Shown: one piece after another, positions 1 through 9,970 of the stretch
Layout of the letters: each line of letters starts with the position of its first letter
How positions within the stretch are numbered: position 1 is the first letter of the stretch
Source of the DNA: an uncultured Acidobacteriota bacterium
GTDB taxonomy: Bacteria > Acidobacteriota > Thermoanaerobaculia > UBA5066
Assembly: GCA_963779415.1 (NCBI GenBank)
Contig: CAVZYA010000001.1
Coordinates: 1,344,001 to 1,408,000 of the forward strand
Length of the DNA stretch: 64,000 nucleotides
Direction: 5' to 3'
Position numbers and translations under genes: made by a program
The notes under the pieces: generated by a model
Told to the model about the DNA's origin: nothing
The model's input: the letters and a program-made list of their open reading frames with translations, nothing else
The model's database searches: none

Positions 1-348
1 GCCGCCTGCCGCGGCTCCTTCCTTGGACGCTCCCCCGTCCTTCTTCGAGCCTTCGTCCTTCTTCGAACCTTCGTCCTTCTTCGAACCTTCGTCCTTCTTC
101 GAACCTTCGTCCTTCTTCGAACCCTCGTCCTTCTTCGAACCCTCCGCGGTCTTTCCGCTCTCCCCGCCCGGGCGGCCGTAGTCGCTCACGTACCAGCCGG
201 TCCCTTTGAACTGGAAGGCAGGCGCAGAAAGGAGCTTCTTGAGCGGACCGCCACAGCGGTCGCACGTCGTGAGCGGCGCCTCGGAGTGGCTCTGAATGGC
301 TTCGAACGTCCTTCCACACGACTCGCACAGATACTCGAATAAAGGCAT
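1..348 (-). CDS. FmdB-family zinc-ribbon protein (3' end runs off the window)
   Basis: Hand translation from ATG 348: MPLFEYLCESCGRTFEAIQSHSEAPLTTCDRCGGPLKKLLSAPAFQFKGTGWYVSDY; CxxC...CxxC plus the FKGxGWYxxDY signature. Confidence 0.85.
   Translation of the reverse strand, partial: MPLFEYLCESCGRTFEAIQSHSEAPLTTCDRCGGPLKKLLSAPAFQFKGTGWYVSDYGRPGGESGKTAEGSKKDEGSKKDEGSKKDEGSKKDEGSKKDEGSKKDGGASKEGAAAGG
36..143. repeat. 18-bp tandem repeat x6 (cgtccttcttcgaacctt) encoding EGSKKD repeats in the FmdB tail
   Basis: Six near-identical units start at 36, 54, 72, 90, 108 and 126. Confidence 0.95.
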
Positions 349-380
349 CGTCTCATCCCCCGTCTCGAACCGTCCGGCCT

Positions 381-1178
381 TCAGCGCCCGTTGCGAACGG
401 CGGGAGCGTCGCCCGATCCGGTCCGCCACTGGAGCTTCCTGATGCCGCTCGCCCGCTCGCGGCGCAGGATCAGCTTCAGGACCGAGAAAGCGTACAGGAT
501 TCTCGCGTTCTGCGCGACATCCCCCGGGCCGAGGCCCACGAGATCCCGGAGCGAGCGAGCGCCGTCCGCCCGCGCGAGGAACTGCCGCTCCGCCGTCGAG
601 AGAGTCAGCTCGAGGCGTTCGGGCGTCTCGGGACCCGGCTCGAAGACCGACCACGAGGGACCGAGGCGGGCGACACAGCGCTTCGGATTCGTGATCCTCT
701 TGGCCCCGTCGAGGACGGCCTGCGGCGTCGGGATGTCGAGCTGGATCTCCTCGTCCGCGCGTGACGGTCCCGCCTCGAACGTGACGCACCCGGTCTCCCA
801 GTCGAAAACCGACCAGAGGATCGCCTTCACCTGGCTCTCGACCGTCGCGCGAAGCTCCTCGTCGGAGAGAACGCCGTGCTCGACGAGGATCTCGCCGTAA
901 CGGCGCCCTCCCCTGGATGCGAGAAGCTCCATTTCGCGAAGCCGGTGCTCGGCCGTCTGGATCCGGTGGATCCGTCTGAGGTAGCTCCCGAGCGAGTCCT
1001 CGCGATCCGAGGAGGTCGCGAAGACGACATGCCCGCCCTGGAGGAAGATCCGCTTCTCGACGTCGTCCTTCACCGCCGTCACGACGCCGGGGGCGCGGTA
1101 GCGGTAGACGGTCTGGAGGATCTCCGGGAGAGGCTGCTCCGCGAGGTCCCCGACGAACTGGAATCTCTTCGAGGACAT
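381..1178 (-). CDS. DUF4388/PATAN-like domain protein
   Basis: GDLAEQPLPEILQ..GVV..KRIFLQGGHVVFA..S; GEILVEHG; FDWETG; start taken at ATG 1178. Confidence 0.75.
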   Translation of the reverse strand: MSSKRFQFVGDLAEQPLPEILQTVYRYRAPGVVTAVKDDVEKRIFLQGGHVVFATSSDREDSLGSYLRRIHRIQTAEHRLREMELLASRGGRRYGEILVEHGVLSDEELRATVESQVKAILWSVFDWETGCVTFEAGPSRADEEIQLDIPTPQAVLDGAKRITNPKRCVARLGPSWSVFEPGPETPERLELTLSTAERQFLARADGARSLRDLVGLGPGDVAQNARILYAFSVLKLILRRERASGIRKLQWRTGSGDAPAVRNGR

Positions 1179-1248
1179 GGGCGCGATTCTAATCACCCGG
1201 CGGCGGGACGGGGCTCCTTCATCGCCCTCCCCTTGCTACGATGCCCAC

Positions 1249-2472
1249 GTGATCTCCTTCGAGCAGGCGCTCGAGCGCGTGCTCGAGGCGGTAACGCCGG
1301 CCGGCTCCGTGCGCGTTCCCGTCGCGTCCGCCGCGGGGCGCGTCCTCGCCGAGCCGGTCGTGGCCGACCTCGACCTCCCGCCGTTTCCGACGACGGCGAT
1401 GGACGGCTGGGCCGTGCGCGCCGCCGAGGCGAGACCGGCGCCGGCGCGGCTCCGGATCTCCGGGGCCTTCGGCGCGGGCGTGGCCGCCGGACCCCTTCCG
1501 GCCTCGAGCGCGATGAAGGTGATGACGGGAGCCCCGATCCCGCCCGGCGCCGATGCCATCGTTCCGGTCGAGGAGGCCCAGGAGCACGCGGACGGCACCG
1601 TGTCGCTCCGGACGGCCCCCGACGCCGGGGATCACGTCCGCAGACAGGGAGAAGTCTTCGCGGCCGGCGCGACCCTCCTTACGCCGGGATGCCGTCTCTC
1701 CCCCGCCGACCTCGTCCTCGCGGCCGCCGCGGGGCGCGACGTGATCGCCGTGGCTCGTTCGCTGCGAGCCGGCGTCCTCGTCACGGGCTCGGAGGTCGTC
1801 GGCACCGGCACGCGCCCCGGTCCCGCCCAGATCCGGAACACGAACGGACCGCTGCTCCTTGGCGCGCTCGCGCGCGCCGGCGCCGAGCCGCAGGATCTCG
1901 GATCGGCTCCCGACGACCCGAGAGCCCTGCGCGTCGCGATCGGAAGAGCACTCACCTCCGGACTCGACCTTCTCCTGACGACCGGCGGTGTCTCGGAGGG
2001 GGACTTCGATCTCATTCCGGAGGTTCTTTCCGGACTCGGAGCAAAGACGATCTTCCACAAGGTCTCGATCAAGCCCGGGAAGCCGGTTCTCTTCGCCGTG
2101 GCGGGCCAGACGCTCGTCTTCGGTGTCCCGGGGAACCCGGTCTCGGCCGCCGTCGTCTTCGATCTCTTCGTCCGGCCGCTCCTCCGCTCGGCGGCGGGCC
2201 TCTCCCCCGCTCTTCCGCCGCCGGTCGAGGCGACGCTCACGGCCTCCGCCTCGAACGGCGGACCGCGGCTCGCCTTCGTTCCGACCCGCCTCACCCGGCG
2301 CCGGAGCGCGATCGAGGCGGCGCCCGTCCCCTCCCGGGGAAGCCACGACGTCCTCGCCCACGCCCGGGCCGACGGGCTTCTCGTCCTCCCGCCGAGAGCC
2401 CGGCTCGCGCGGGGGGATCGCGCGAGCGTCTACGTCGGCACGGACGAGACGACTCTCGGAGCTTTCGAGTGA
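1249..2472 (+). CDS. moeA: Molybdopterin molybdotransferase
   Basis: PPFPTTAMDGWA, VMTGAPIPPGADAIVPVE, TGGVSEGDFD, IKPGKP, VPGNPVSA; GTG start at 1249. Confidence 0.93.
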   Translation: MISFEQALERVLEAVTPAGSVRVPVASAAGRVLAEPVVADLDLPPFPTTAMDGWAVRAAEARPAPARLRISGAFGAGVAAGPLPASSAMKVMTGAPIPPGADAIVPVEEAQEHADGTVSLRTAPDAGDHVRRQGEVFAAGATLLTPGCRLSPADLVLAAAAGRDVIAVARSLRAGVLVTGSEVVGTGTRPGPAQIRNTNGPLLLGALARAGAEPQDLGSAPDDPRALRVAIGRALTSGLDLLLTTGGVSEGDFDLIPEVLSGLGAKTIFHKVSIKPGKPVLFAVAGQTLVFGVPGNPVSAAVVFDLFVRPLLRSAAGLSPALPPPVEATLTASASNGGPRLAFVPTRLTRRRSAIEAAPVPSRGSHDVLAHARADGLLVLPPRARLARGDRASVYVGTDETTLGAFE

Positions 2473-3728
2473 CCCGCCGCCGGGTGGCGATCACGGGACT
2501 CGGCTGCCTCACACCGCTCGGAATCGGCCGCGAGGCTTTTGCGGAAGGCCTCTCGGCCGGCCGCTCCGGAGTCTCCCGGATCTCCCTCTTCGATCCCTCC
2601 GACCTCCCGGTCCCGATCGCGGCCGAGGTTCCTCTCTTCGATCCGTCGTCCGTCATGCCGCCTTCCGAGCTCCGGCACGTCGCCCGCGTGGTCCCCCTCT
2701 CGCTCGCCGCCGCCGCCGAGGCGCTGGCCGACGCGGGCCTCGAGCCCGGGAGCCTTTCTCTCGAGGAGCGGCGACGGATCGCCGTCGTCTTCGGCTCCGG
2801 GGGCGGACCGGTGGAGTTCTTCGAGCGGATGTACGGCCACTGGTACCGGGGAGACCTGAAGAAGGCCTCCGTCTACTCGATTCCGACGGGGACGATCGGG
2901 ACGCTCTCCTCGGAGATCTCGATGCGCTTCGGCCTGAAAGGGCCGTCGCACGTCGTCTCTACCGGCTGCACCTCCTCGGCGGACGCGATGGCGTACGCCG
3001 CGAAGGCGATCGCGTACGGCGAGCGGGACGTCGTCGTTTCCGGCGGCGCCGACGCCGTCATCACGCCCGGAATCATGACGGGCTTCGCCCTGATGAAGAT
3101 CCTCTCCACGGGGTTTCAGGACCGCCCCGTGAAGGCGAGCCGCCCGTTCGACGCCGGCCGCGACGGCTTCGTCCTCGGCGAAGGGGCGTGGATCTTCGTC
3201 CTCGAGGAGCTGGAGCGGGCCCGTGCCCGCGGCGCCCGGATCCGGGCCGAGGTGCTCGGCTACGGCGCCACCTGCGACGCGTTCCACCGCGTCCGGCTCG
3301 ACGAAACGGGGGAGGAGCCCGCCCGGGCGATGCGCGAGGCGCTCGAGGACGCCGGCCTCTCCGCCGCCGACGTCTCCTACGTCCAGTACCACGGCACCTC
3401 GACCGTTCTCAATGACCGGATCGAGACGCGTGCCACGAAGCTGGCGCTCGGCGAGCATGCCCGCCGCATCCCCGGATCGAGCGTGAAGAGCCAGATCGGG
3501 CACCCCCAGGGGGCTTCGGGCGCCGCGGGGATCGCGGCAACGCTCGTCGGGATGGAGGAGGGGTTTCTCCCCGCCACGATCAACCTCGAGACGCCCGACC
3601 CGGAGTGCGACCTCGACTACGTCCCGAACGCCGTCCGGAAGGGCGAGATCGAGATCGCTCTCTGCAACGGAATCGCCTTCGGGTCGAAGAACTCGGCCCT
3701 CGTCCTCCGGAACGGCCGCGCGCTCTAG
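2469..3728 (+). CDS. fabF: Beta-ketoacyl-ACP synthase II family
   Basis: RRVAITGLG, STGCTSS (catalytic Cys), SRPFDAGRDGFVLGEGA, HGTST, KSQIGH; GTGA overlap with moeA. Confidence 0.9.
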   Translation: MTRRRVAITGLGCLTPLGIGREAFAEGLSAGRSGVSRISLFDPSDLPVPIAAEVPLFDPSSVMPPSELRHVARVVPLSLAAAAEALADAGLEPGSLSLEERRRIAVVFGSGGGPVEFFERMYGHWYRGDLKKASVYSIPTGTIGTLSSEISMRFGLKGPSHVVSTGCTSSADAMAYAAKAIAYGERDVVVSGGADAVITPGIMTGFALMKILSTGFQDRPVKASRPFDAGRDGFVLGEGAWIFVLEELERARARGARIRAEVLGYGATCDAFHRVRLDETGEEPARAMREALEDAGLSAADVSYVQYHGTSTVLNDRIETRATKLALGEHARRIPGSSVKSQIGHPQGASGAAGIAATLVGMEEGFLPATINLETPDPECDLDYVPNAVRKGEIEIALCNGIAFGSKNSALVLRNGRAL

Positions 3729-3731
3729 ACG

Positions 3732-4424
3732 ATGAGCTTCTGGGTCCCCGGGCGCCATCGCGCCGACGAGATCCTCGACGGGAATCTCCCGGCGCACGAG
3801 GAGGAGGCGAGCCTCTCCGACATCGAGTGGGTCCACCGGAACCTCGGCGGGCGCGTCCTCCTCGCGCGCCGCCTCATCCCCCTGCTCGAAAGCCTCGCCG
3901 GCCCCGAGCGGCGCCCCCTCTCCCTCATCGACCTCGGCTGCGGCTCGGGGCACGTCGGACGCGACCTCGTGGACGCCTTCGCCCGGCGCGGCGGAGCGCT
4001 CACGGTCCTCGGCTGCGACCTGAAACTCTCCCATGCGCGCCTCGCGAAACGGAGGCGGAGCGCCGCCGGCGACGCGCTCCGTCTTCCCGTCGCCACGTCG
4101 AGCGTCGACATCGTCTTCTCGACGCTCCTCCTCCACCATTTCTCGGACGGGGAATGCCGCCGGATCCTCCTCGAGTCTCGCCGCGTCGCGCGGCGGGCCG
4201 TCATCGCCTTCGACCTCTCGCGCCACCGCGCCGCCTGGGCCCTCATCTCGGTGGTCGGGCCGCTGGCGTTCCGGACGCCCATCTCGACTCTCGACGGGAA
4301 GGCGAGCGTCCTCCAGGCTTGGACGCCCTCCGAGATCTCCGCCCTCGCCTCGGACGTCCTCCCCGGAGCGGCCGTCCGCCGGGCGGGGCCTTTCGTCTGG
4401 CAGCTCGTCTGGACGCGCCCGTGA
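3732..4424 (+). CDS. SAM-dependent methyltransferase
   Basis: LIDLGCGSG motif I, GDALRLP, FSTLLLHHF, DGKASV. Confidence 0.85.
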   Translation: MSFWVPGRHRADEILDGNLPAHEEEASLSDIEWVHRNLGGRVLLARRLIPLLESLAGPERRPLSLIDLGCGSGHVGRDLVDAFARRGGALTVLGCDLKLSHARLAKRRRSAAGDALRLPVATSSVDIVFSTLLLHHFSDGECRRILLESRRVARRAVIAFDLSRHRAAWALISVVGPLAFRTPISTLDGKASVLQAWTPSEISALASDVLPGAAVRRAGPFVWQLVWTRP

Positions 4425-5560
4425 GAGACCTCGCCTGCGACATCGCCGTCATCGGGGGCAGCCTCGCCGGGAGCGCGGCCGCCGGGGCGCTCGCCCGCGG
4501 CGGCGCCTCGGTCGTCGTCCTCGAGAAATCGATCTTTCCACGATCGAAGATCTGCGGCGGGTTCCTCTCGCACGAGGCCCTGCCGGTTCTCGAGCGACTC
4601 GGCGCGCTCGAAGCCGTCCGCGCGGCCGGACCCGAGACGATCACGCGATTCGCGCTCGTTCGGCCGGACGGACGCCGTGTCGAGGCCGACCTTCCCGCGC
4701 CGGTCCTCTCGCTTTCGCGTTCTCGCCTCGATTCGATCGCTGCGGCAGCGGCCTCTCGTCAGGGCGCCCGGATGCGCTTCGGCCAAGCCGTCAATTCCTT
4801 CGAAGGAAATCTCCGGGAGGGATTCCGGGTCAAGACCAACGACGAGGAGCTACGGGTCCGCGTCCTCGTGGGCGCCTGGGGTCGCTACAGCCCGCTCGAC
4901 GGCCAGCTCGAGCGGCCCCGCTACCGGCAGAAGGCCTCTCTGATCGGGTTTGGAAAGCGGCTCGTCGGAGACGGCTCCTCGTTGGCGGGGCGTGCCGTTC
5001 TCCACCTCTTCGAAGGAGGGTATCTTGGGCTCTCCCGCGTGGAGGAGGGGAGCGTCAACCTCGCGGCGCTCGCGACGCCGAAGCTCGCCGGGGAGGCTCA
5101 CCACGATCTCGATGAGCTTCTCGCGCGTCTGAAGCGCGGGAGCCCTTCGCTCGCGACGCAGCTCGAGGGCCTCTCCCCCGTCCCCGGCCCGGTTCTGGTC
5201 TCGGAGCCGGTTCATCTCGGACCTCACGGCTGCATCGCCCGCGACGTCCTCCTCGCGGGAGACGCCGCCGGCGTCATCGACCCCTTCACCGGAACCGGGA
5301 TGGCGCTCGCGCTCCTCTCGGGCGAGGCCTCGGCGGAGCCGATCCTCCGGTTCCTCGCCGGCCGGCTCGACGCGGAAGGGCTGAAACGGGAACACGAAAA
5401 GGCCTATGGAAGAATCGCCGGCCACCGCTTCGCCTTCTCGCGATTCTTCCGCTCCGTCTTCTACGGCGGGATCGCCTCGCGCCTCGTCGGCCCGGCCACG
5501 GCCCCGATCGCCCGCCTCGCCATCCGCCTCACCCGCGGCCCTGCGGCGGGGGTTCCCTAG
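4421..5560 (+). CDS. NAD(P)/FAD-dependent oxidoreductase (geranylgeranyl reductase/FixC-like)
   Basis: IGGSLAG, FPRSKICGGFLS, AGDAAGVIDPFTGTGMALA; GTGA overlap with the methyltransferase. Confidence 0.85.
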   Translation: MRDLACDIAVIGGSLAGSAAAGALARGGASVVVLEKSIFPRSKICGGFLSHEALPVLERLGALEAVRAAGPETITRFALVRPDGRRVEADLPAPVLSLSRSRLDSIAAAAASRQGARMRFGQAVNSFEGNLREGFRVKTNDEELRVRVLVGAWGRYSPLDGQLERPRYRQKASLIGFGKRLVGDGSSLAGRAVLHLFEGGYLGLSRVEEGSVNLAALATPKLAGEAHHDLDELLARLKRGSPSLATQLEGLSPVPGPVLVSEPVHLGPHGCIARDVLLAGDAAGVIDPFTGTGMALALLSGEASAEPILRFLAGRLDAEGLKREHEKAYGRIAGHRFAFSRFFRSVFYGGIASRLVGPATAPIARLAIRLTRGPAAGVP

Positions 5561-5937
5561 TTCATCGAGAAGCCGCCGACCCTCCCGTCCTTCAGGGCCA
5601 TCGTGACGAGGACGTCGTCCTTTCCGTCCTTGAACGCGAGCTTCCAGTAGGAGACCGAGAAGCCCCCCTTGTTCAGCGTCCCGAGGTAGGACGTCGTGTA
5701 GCCGCTCTTCATCCGGACATAGATCTTGACCGTGCCGCTGTCGAACTGCGTCTTCGGGAGAGCGGCCTTGAAGGCGGGCTCGGAGTTCTCGATGAAGGAG
5801 TCGTAATCCCCTTTCTCGACGGCCGTGATCATCTTCGTGAGCTGCGCCTTGGCCTCCGGCGACTGCGCGTGGGCAGGAAGAGAGAAAAGGAGACCCCCTG
5901 CAAAAAGCGCGGCCGCGACGGATTTCATCCGAGCCAT
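5557..5937 (-). CDS. Small secreted hypothetical protein
   Basis: Signal peptide ending AHA-Q; ATG 5937. Confidence 0.7.
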   Translation of the reverse strand: MARMKSVAAALFAGGLLFSLPAHAQSPEAKAQLTKMITAVEKGDYDSFIENSEPAFKAALPKTQFDSGTVKIYVRMKSGYTTSYLGTLNKGGFSVSYWKLAFKDGKDDVLVTMALKDGRVGGFSMN

Positions 5938-5941
5938 GTCG

Positions 5942-6520
5942 TCATCCCTTTCTGGTCGGACGCCGCCGGGGCGCCTTCGCCTTCGCTCTCGTCTTTCCGG
6001 CCTTCGGGAAGAGCCCGGTCCGGATCGTCTCGATCTGGCGGATATGGTGCCGGTCGTGCCCGGCGTACATGAAGACGATCTTCCGGATCGACTCCTCGCC
6101 CCGCTCGGCATGGATGCCGACGCGGTCCCAGTCCGGCTCGGCGAGCCGGTCGAGGAGCCCGAGGTTCACGGCGCGGGCCATCGCGAAGTCGTCGATCAGG
6201 TCGGCCGTCTTCGCATTCCCGGCCCCGAGCCTCTCCACGAAGGCGTCCTGGTCGTAACCGAGGATCGGCGGCCGGTCGTGCGCCGCGATGAAGCGGTAGC
6301 GGCTGCCGAGGATCACTTCGCCGTCCGACAGGTGCGCGACGATCTCCTTGATCGACCACTTCCCCGGTGCCGGTTTTTTCGAAAGCTGTCTCTCCGAGAG
6401 CCCGCGGACGAGGCGGCGAAGCCTGTCGGGGCTTTCCGCCATCACCTCGACCGGGTCGTCCCCGCCGAGGGCCTGCGCGTACTTTTCGGGAATCACGACT
6501 CCGGGTCTTCCAGCCACCAT
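5942..6520 (-). CDS. DinB-family protein
   Basis: PGKWSIKEIVAHL, YDQD, GHDRHH; ATG 6520. Confidence 0.85.
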   Translation of the reverse strand: MVAGRPGVVIPEKYAQALGGDDPVEVMAESPDRLRRLVRGLSERQLSKKPAPGKWSIKEIVAHLSDGEVILGSRYRFIAAHDRPPILGYDQDAFVERLGAGNAKTADLIDDFAMARAVNLGLLDRLAEPDWDRVGIHAERGEESIRKIVFMYAGHDRHHIRQIETIRTGLFPKAGKTRAKAKAPRRRPTRKG

Positions 6521-6534
6521 GGCGTCTCCTTTCG

Positions 6535-7359
6535 TCACCGTTTCGCCGGGAGCCCCCGCGAGAGGGCACCGAGGAAACCGAGATTCGTCCCCGTCAGCCA
6601 GTGCCCGCCGTCCACGGGAAGGCAGGAACCGGTTATGTACGCCGCGCGCGTCTCGTCGGCGAGGAAGGCGATCGACTCGGCGACCTCCTCGGCCGTCGTG
6701 AAGCGGCGCATCGGGATGGAATCGCGGATCTCGGCCGCGAGCGTCTCGTCGAGCCAGAGGTTCTTGTCGGTCCCTTCGGAGCGGAACGGGCCGGGAGAGA
6801 CCGCGTTGGCCCGGATCCCGAACCGCGCCCATTCCACGGCCAGCGTCCGGGTCATCGCGAGGACACCCGCTTTCGCCGAGGCGGAGTGGATCACCCCGGG
6901 CCCCGCGCCCCAGGCATAGTCGGCGACCACGTTCACGAAGGAGCGGGGCTTCCCGTCCTTCGCGTGCGCGTCGATCATCCCGAGCCCGAAGGCGCGGGAG
7001 ACGAAGAAGCTGCCGTTCAGGACGATCTCGATCACGGCCCGCCATCCGTTCGGGGAGAGCTTCTCGGCGGGGCAGACGAAGTTCCCGGCCGCGTTGTTCA
7101 CGACGACGTCGAACGGGCCCCATTCCGCGTGAAGCGACGAGGCCATCTTCGCGACGTCTTCCTCGAAGCGGACGTCGCACGTCGCCGTCTTCACGTCTGC
7201 GGCCCCCGCGGCGCGCGCGCGGCTCGCGGTCTCCCCGAGCGCTCCTTCGCGCCTCCCGCAGACGGCGACGCGCGCCCCCTCCCGGGCGAAGCGGACAGCC
7301 GTCGCGCGGCCGAGGCCGCTTCCCCCTCCGGTGACGAGAACGTTCCGCGCCCCGCTCAA
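6535..7359 (-). CDS. SDR oxidoreductase, 2,4-dienoyl-CoA reductase-like
   Basis: TGGGSGLG, NNAAGNF, HSASAKAGV, RTLAVEW. Confidence 0.88.
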   Translation of the reverse strand: MSGARNVLVTGGGSGLGRATAVRFAREGARVAVCGRREGALGETASRARAAGAADVKTATCDVRFEEDVAKMASSLHAEWGPFDVVVNNAAGNFVCPAEKLSPNGWRAVIEIVLNGSFFVSRAFGLGMIDAHAKDGKPRSFVNVVADYAWGAGPGVIHSASAKAGVLAMTRTLAVEWARFGIRANAVSPGPFRSEGTDKNLWLDETLAAEIRDSIPMRRFTTAEEVAESIAFLADETRAAYITGSCLPVDGGHWLTGTNLGFLGALSRGLPAKR

Positions 7360-7982
7360 TCCTGGAGGCCCGCTTCCCGGGCGATCTCCCCTTCCGTCAG
7401 CGGCTCATGGCCCCGACGGAGGATCTTCCCCGACGGCTCGTGGACGATCCAACAGGGGAGGCGGGAGATTCCGAGCGCGTTCGTCAGCGTCCCGTCCGGA
7501 TCGAGGAGGACCGGGCGGCGGAAGAGACGGGCCACGTGCGCGCAGTCCTTCAGTGGGGCGCCCGTCACGACGAAGCTCGTCTCGATGCCGCGTTTCTCGA
7601 GTGACTGCGCCAGCTCCGTGGCCGACTCGATCGACCCCTGTCCCTGCTCCTCCGTTCCGACGATCACGAGGAGACAGCCGCGACTCCGGCAGTCGAGGGG
7701 CGAGCCCTGCTCGAGGTTCGCGTCGAACGTGATGTATTTCGGGAGGGAGACGACCGGGATCCGCTTCGGGATCCGGAAGACGAGGAACGCGACGATGAAG
7801 ACGAGCGCGATCGAGCCGAAGATCGTGCTCAGGCGCGGGCCGAGAGGCATTCGCCTTTCGGGGAGCTTGAGCGGGCGCGTCGGCGCCGTCGGCGGCCCGT
7901 CGGGGGAGACGGTCTCGGGATCCGGTGAGACGGTCTTCGGGACTTCCGGCTTCGGAACACCCGGTGTACTGAGAGAGCCCAC
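7356..7982 (-). CDS. Membrane-anchored hypothetical protein, thioredoxin-like fold suspected (start uncertain, could be ATG 7850)
   Basis: One TM segment, then VLLDPDG..ALGISRLP..IV..SGKI pattern of TlpA-like folds; no CxxC. Confidence 0.55.
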   Translation of the reverse strand: MGSLSTPGVPKPEVPKTVSPDPETVSPDGPPTAPTRPLKLPERRMPLGPRLSTIFGSIALVFIVAFLVFRIPKRIPVVSLPKYITFDANLEQGSPLDCRSRGCLLVIVGTEEQGQGSIESATELAQSLEKRGIETSFVVTGAPLKDCAHVARLFRRPVLLDPDGTLTNALGISRLPCWIVHEPSGKILRRGHEPLTEGEIAREAGLQD

Positions 7983-8033
7983 GACCGATGATTATGGGGC
8001 GTCGCGGCCGGAGCGTGAAGGGGCGCCGTCCGG

Positions 8034-9932
8034 CTAAGGCGAAGGAGGGCCTTTCCTGATCCGGACGACGCCTGCCGTCGTCCGGACGGCGATCTTCGGC
8101 CCGCCCCCCCCGAGCTTCCCCTCGGCACGCTGAAGCGTCTCTCGCTTGACGACGGCCACCTCCGGGAACTGCGACACGATGTAGTCCTCGTCCGAGTCCA
8201 CGCCGGTAACCCGCACGTCCACGTCGCCCCGGTAGTTGGCCGGGAGGACGAGCGTCACGTCGCCTCCACCGGTCGTCACCTCGACGCCCGGCCGGACGGC
8301 GGAGACGATCTCGCAGAGGACCGATCCGCCGGAAGTCTGCGCCACCACGGGACCGCGGGTCTTTCGGAGCGTGATGTCTCCGGCCGTCGTCCGGGCAATG
8401 ACGGCGCCAGCGCACGACTTGACGACGACGTCGCCTCCCGACGTCTCGAGACGGGCGTCCCCGGAGACGTTTCCGGCTCGGACGTCTCCCGCGGCGGTCG
8501 TCGCCACGAGGTCCCCCGTGACGGCGTCCACTGTGATGTCGCCTCCGCCGGTCGAAAGCTCGGCCCCCTTGCCGGCCGAGACGACATGAATCTCTCCAAG
8601 GCTCGCGGAGACCCTGACCCTTCCGGCCACCCGCCCGAGCGAGACGCCACCTTCCAGGTCGGCCGCGACGAAATCGCCGGGGAGATCGCCGCGGACGAGC
8701 GTCCGGCCGAACTCCGGGGGCTCGGGCGGCACCGGGGCCCGAGCGAGGCGCGGCATCGGCGGAGGAGGAGACGCGGGAGGCGGCATCGGCGGAGGAGGGG
8801 ACACGGGACCAGGAGGTGCCGGCGGCGCGATCCCTTCCGCGATCCGCGGCGTCCGGAAGACGAGGAGGGGCCTGGCCTGCGCCTCCGTGCTCCCCTCGGA
8901 GAGAAGGACGATTCGCCCGCTCAGGTTGGACATCCGGATCACGGCCCCGCCCCCCCCGACCGTCCCTCCGACCGAGCGATGCAGGTTCATCGACACCTCG
9001 CGGGCGATCTCCGTGGAGAGCCGCGCCATTTCGTGGCTCATCTGGGCGATCTCCCGGTTCAGCTCCGAGAGATCCTCGTTCAGCGACTCGATCCGGATCG
9101 CCTCGCGCGCGTGCCGTTCGGCGGCCTCGGCGTGCTCCCGCTCGACGCGGGCGGCCTCCGCGCGCGGAGCCGGGGGTGCGGGGGTCGTCGCCGGGAACGG
9201 GAAGGTGGAGAGAATCTCCCCGCTCATCGTCCGCCCGTCGAACCGGAAACCGGCCGACGCGGGGAGGCGGAGGAGGAGGTTGCCGCTGACCGACTGAAGG
9301 CTCAGCCTCGCGTCCTTCGCGAGGTCGGCAGCCGACGCGTCGATGCTCCCGTTCACCGTCTCGAGCTTCAGGTTCCCGCGCGCGCCGGAGACCTCGATCT
9401 TTCCGTTCACCGTCGAGAGCTTCAGGTCCGCGGTGATTCCCTTCACGACGACGCGCCCCGAGACGGACGAGACGCTCACGGGAACCCCCGCGGGGAGCGT
9501 CACGACGTACCGGGCCTCGACGCGCCCTGGTTGCTCGTCCCGCACCCGGACCTTCCAGCCCCCTCCGGGAAGGTGCCGGGCCTTCGATCCCGCGGCTTCC
9601 GTCACGAGCGTGAGAGCCCCGTCCTCGTTCACGAGACGGCTCGTCGTCTCGTCGAGGATCCGGCGCGCTTCGCGCTCGCTCGGGGCGCGCGCCGCGAGAT
9701 CGACGGTCGCGTGGAAGGAAGGCCCCGCCGTGATCTCCACGCTCCCGAAGAGATTCTCGACCGCGAGAGAGCGGAGGGCGCCGGAGGCGTTGAACTCCTG
9801 CCGGCGCGTCGCGGTGGCGGACCCCTCGTCCGCGTCCGCCATGAGCGCCGCGGCGAACGACAGGAGAAGGAAGCCCGCGATCAGCGCCGCCCAGAGGAGG
9901 GAAAGGCGTGGGGCGATGTCGTGGCGTTTCAT
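8034..9932 (-). CDS. DUF4097 (beta-strand repeat) exported protein; two repeat blocks separated by a coiled coil and a Pro-rich linker
   Basis: Repeated TVNG/TSGG/TGGGD units; N-terminal signal/TM. Confidence 0.8.
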   Translation of the reverse strand: MKRHDIAPRLSLLWAALIAGFLLLSFAAALMADADEGSATATRRQEFNASGALRSLAVENLFGSVEITAGPSFHATVDLAARAPSEREARRILDETTSRLVNEDGALTLVTEAAGSKARHLPGGGWKVRVRDEQPGRVEARYVVTLPAGVPVSVSSVSGRVVVKGITADLKLSTVNGKIEVSGARGNLKLETVNGSIDASAADLAKDARLSLQSVSGNLLLRLPASAGFRFDGRTMSGEILSTFPFPATTPAPPAPRAEAARVEREHAEAAERHAREAIRIESLNEDLSELNREIAQMSHEMARLSTEIAREVSMNLHRSVGGTVGGGGAVIRMSNLSGRIVLLSEGSTEAQARPLLVFRTPRIAEGIAPPAPPGPVSPPPPMPPPASPPPPMPRLARAPVPPEPPEFGRTLVRGDLPGDFVAADLEGGVSLGRVAGRVRVSASLGEIHVVSAGKGAELSTGGGDITVDAVTGDLVATTAAGDVRAGNVSGDARLETSGGDVVVKSCAGAVIARTTAGDITLRKTRGPVVAQTSGGSVLCEIVSAVRPGVEVTTGGGDVTLVLPANYRGDVDVRVTGVDSDEDYIVSQFPEVAVVKRETLQRAEGKLGGGGPKIAVRTTAGVVRIRKGPPSP

Positions 9933-9940
9933 GTCCCTAG

Positions 9941-9966
9941 TGACGCGCCGGAGCGTGGAAGGTCAC
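9941..9966 (-). promoter_or_regulatory. ECF sigma promoter GTGAC-N16-CGTCA, 8 nt before ATG 9932
   Basis: Same spacing as the copies at 11567 and 12401. Confidence 0.6.
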
Positions 9967-9970
9967 GGCG

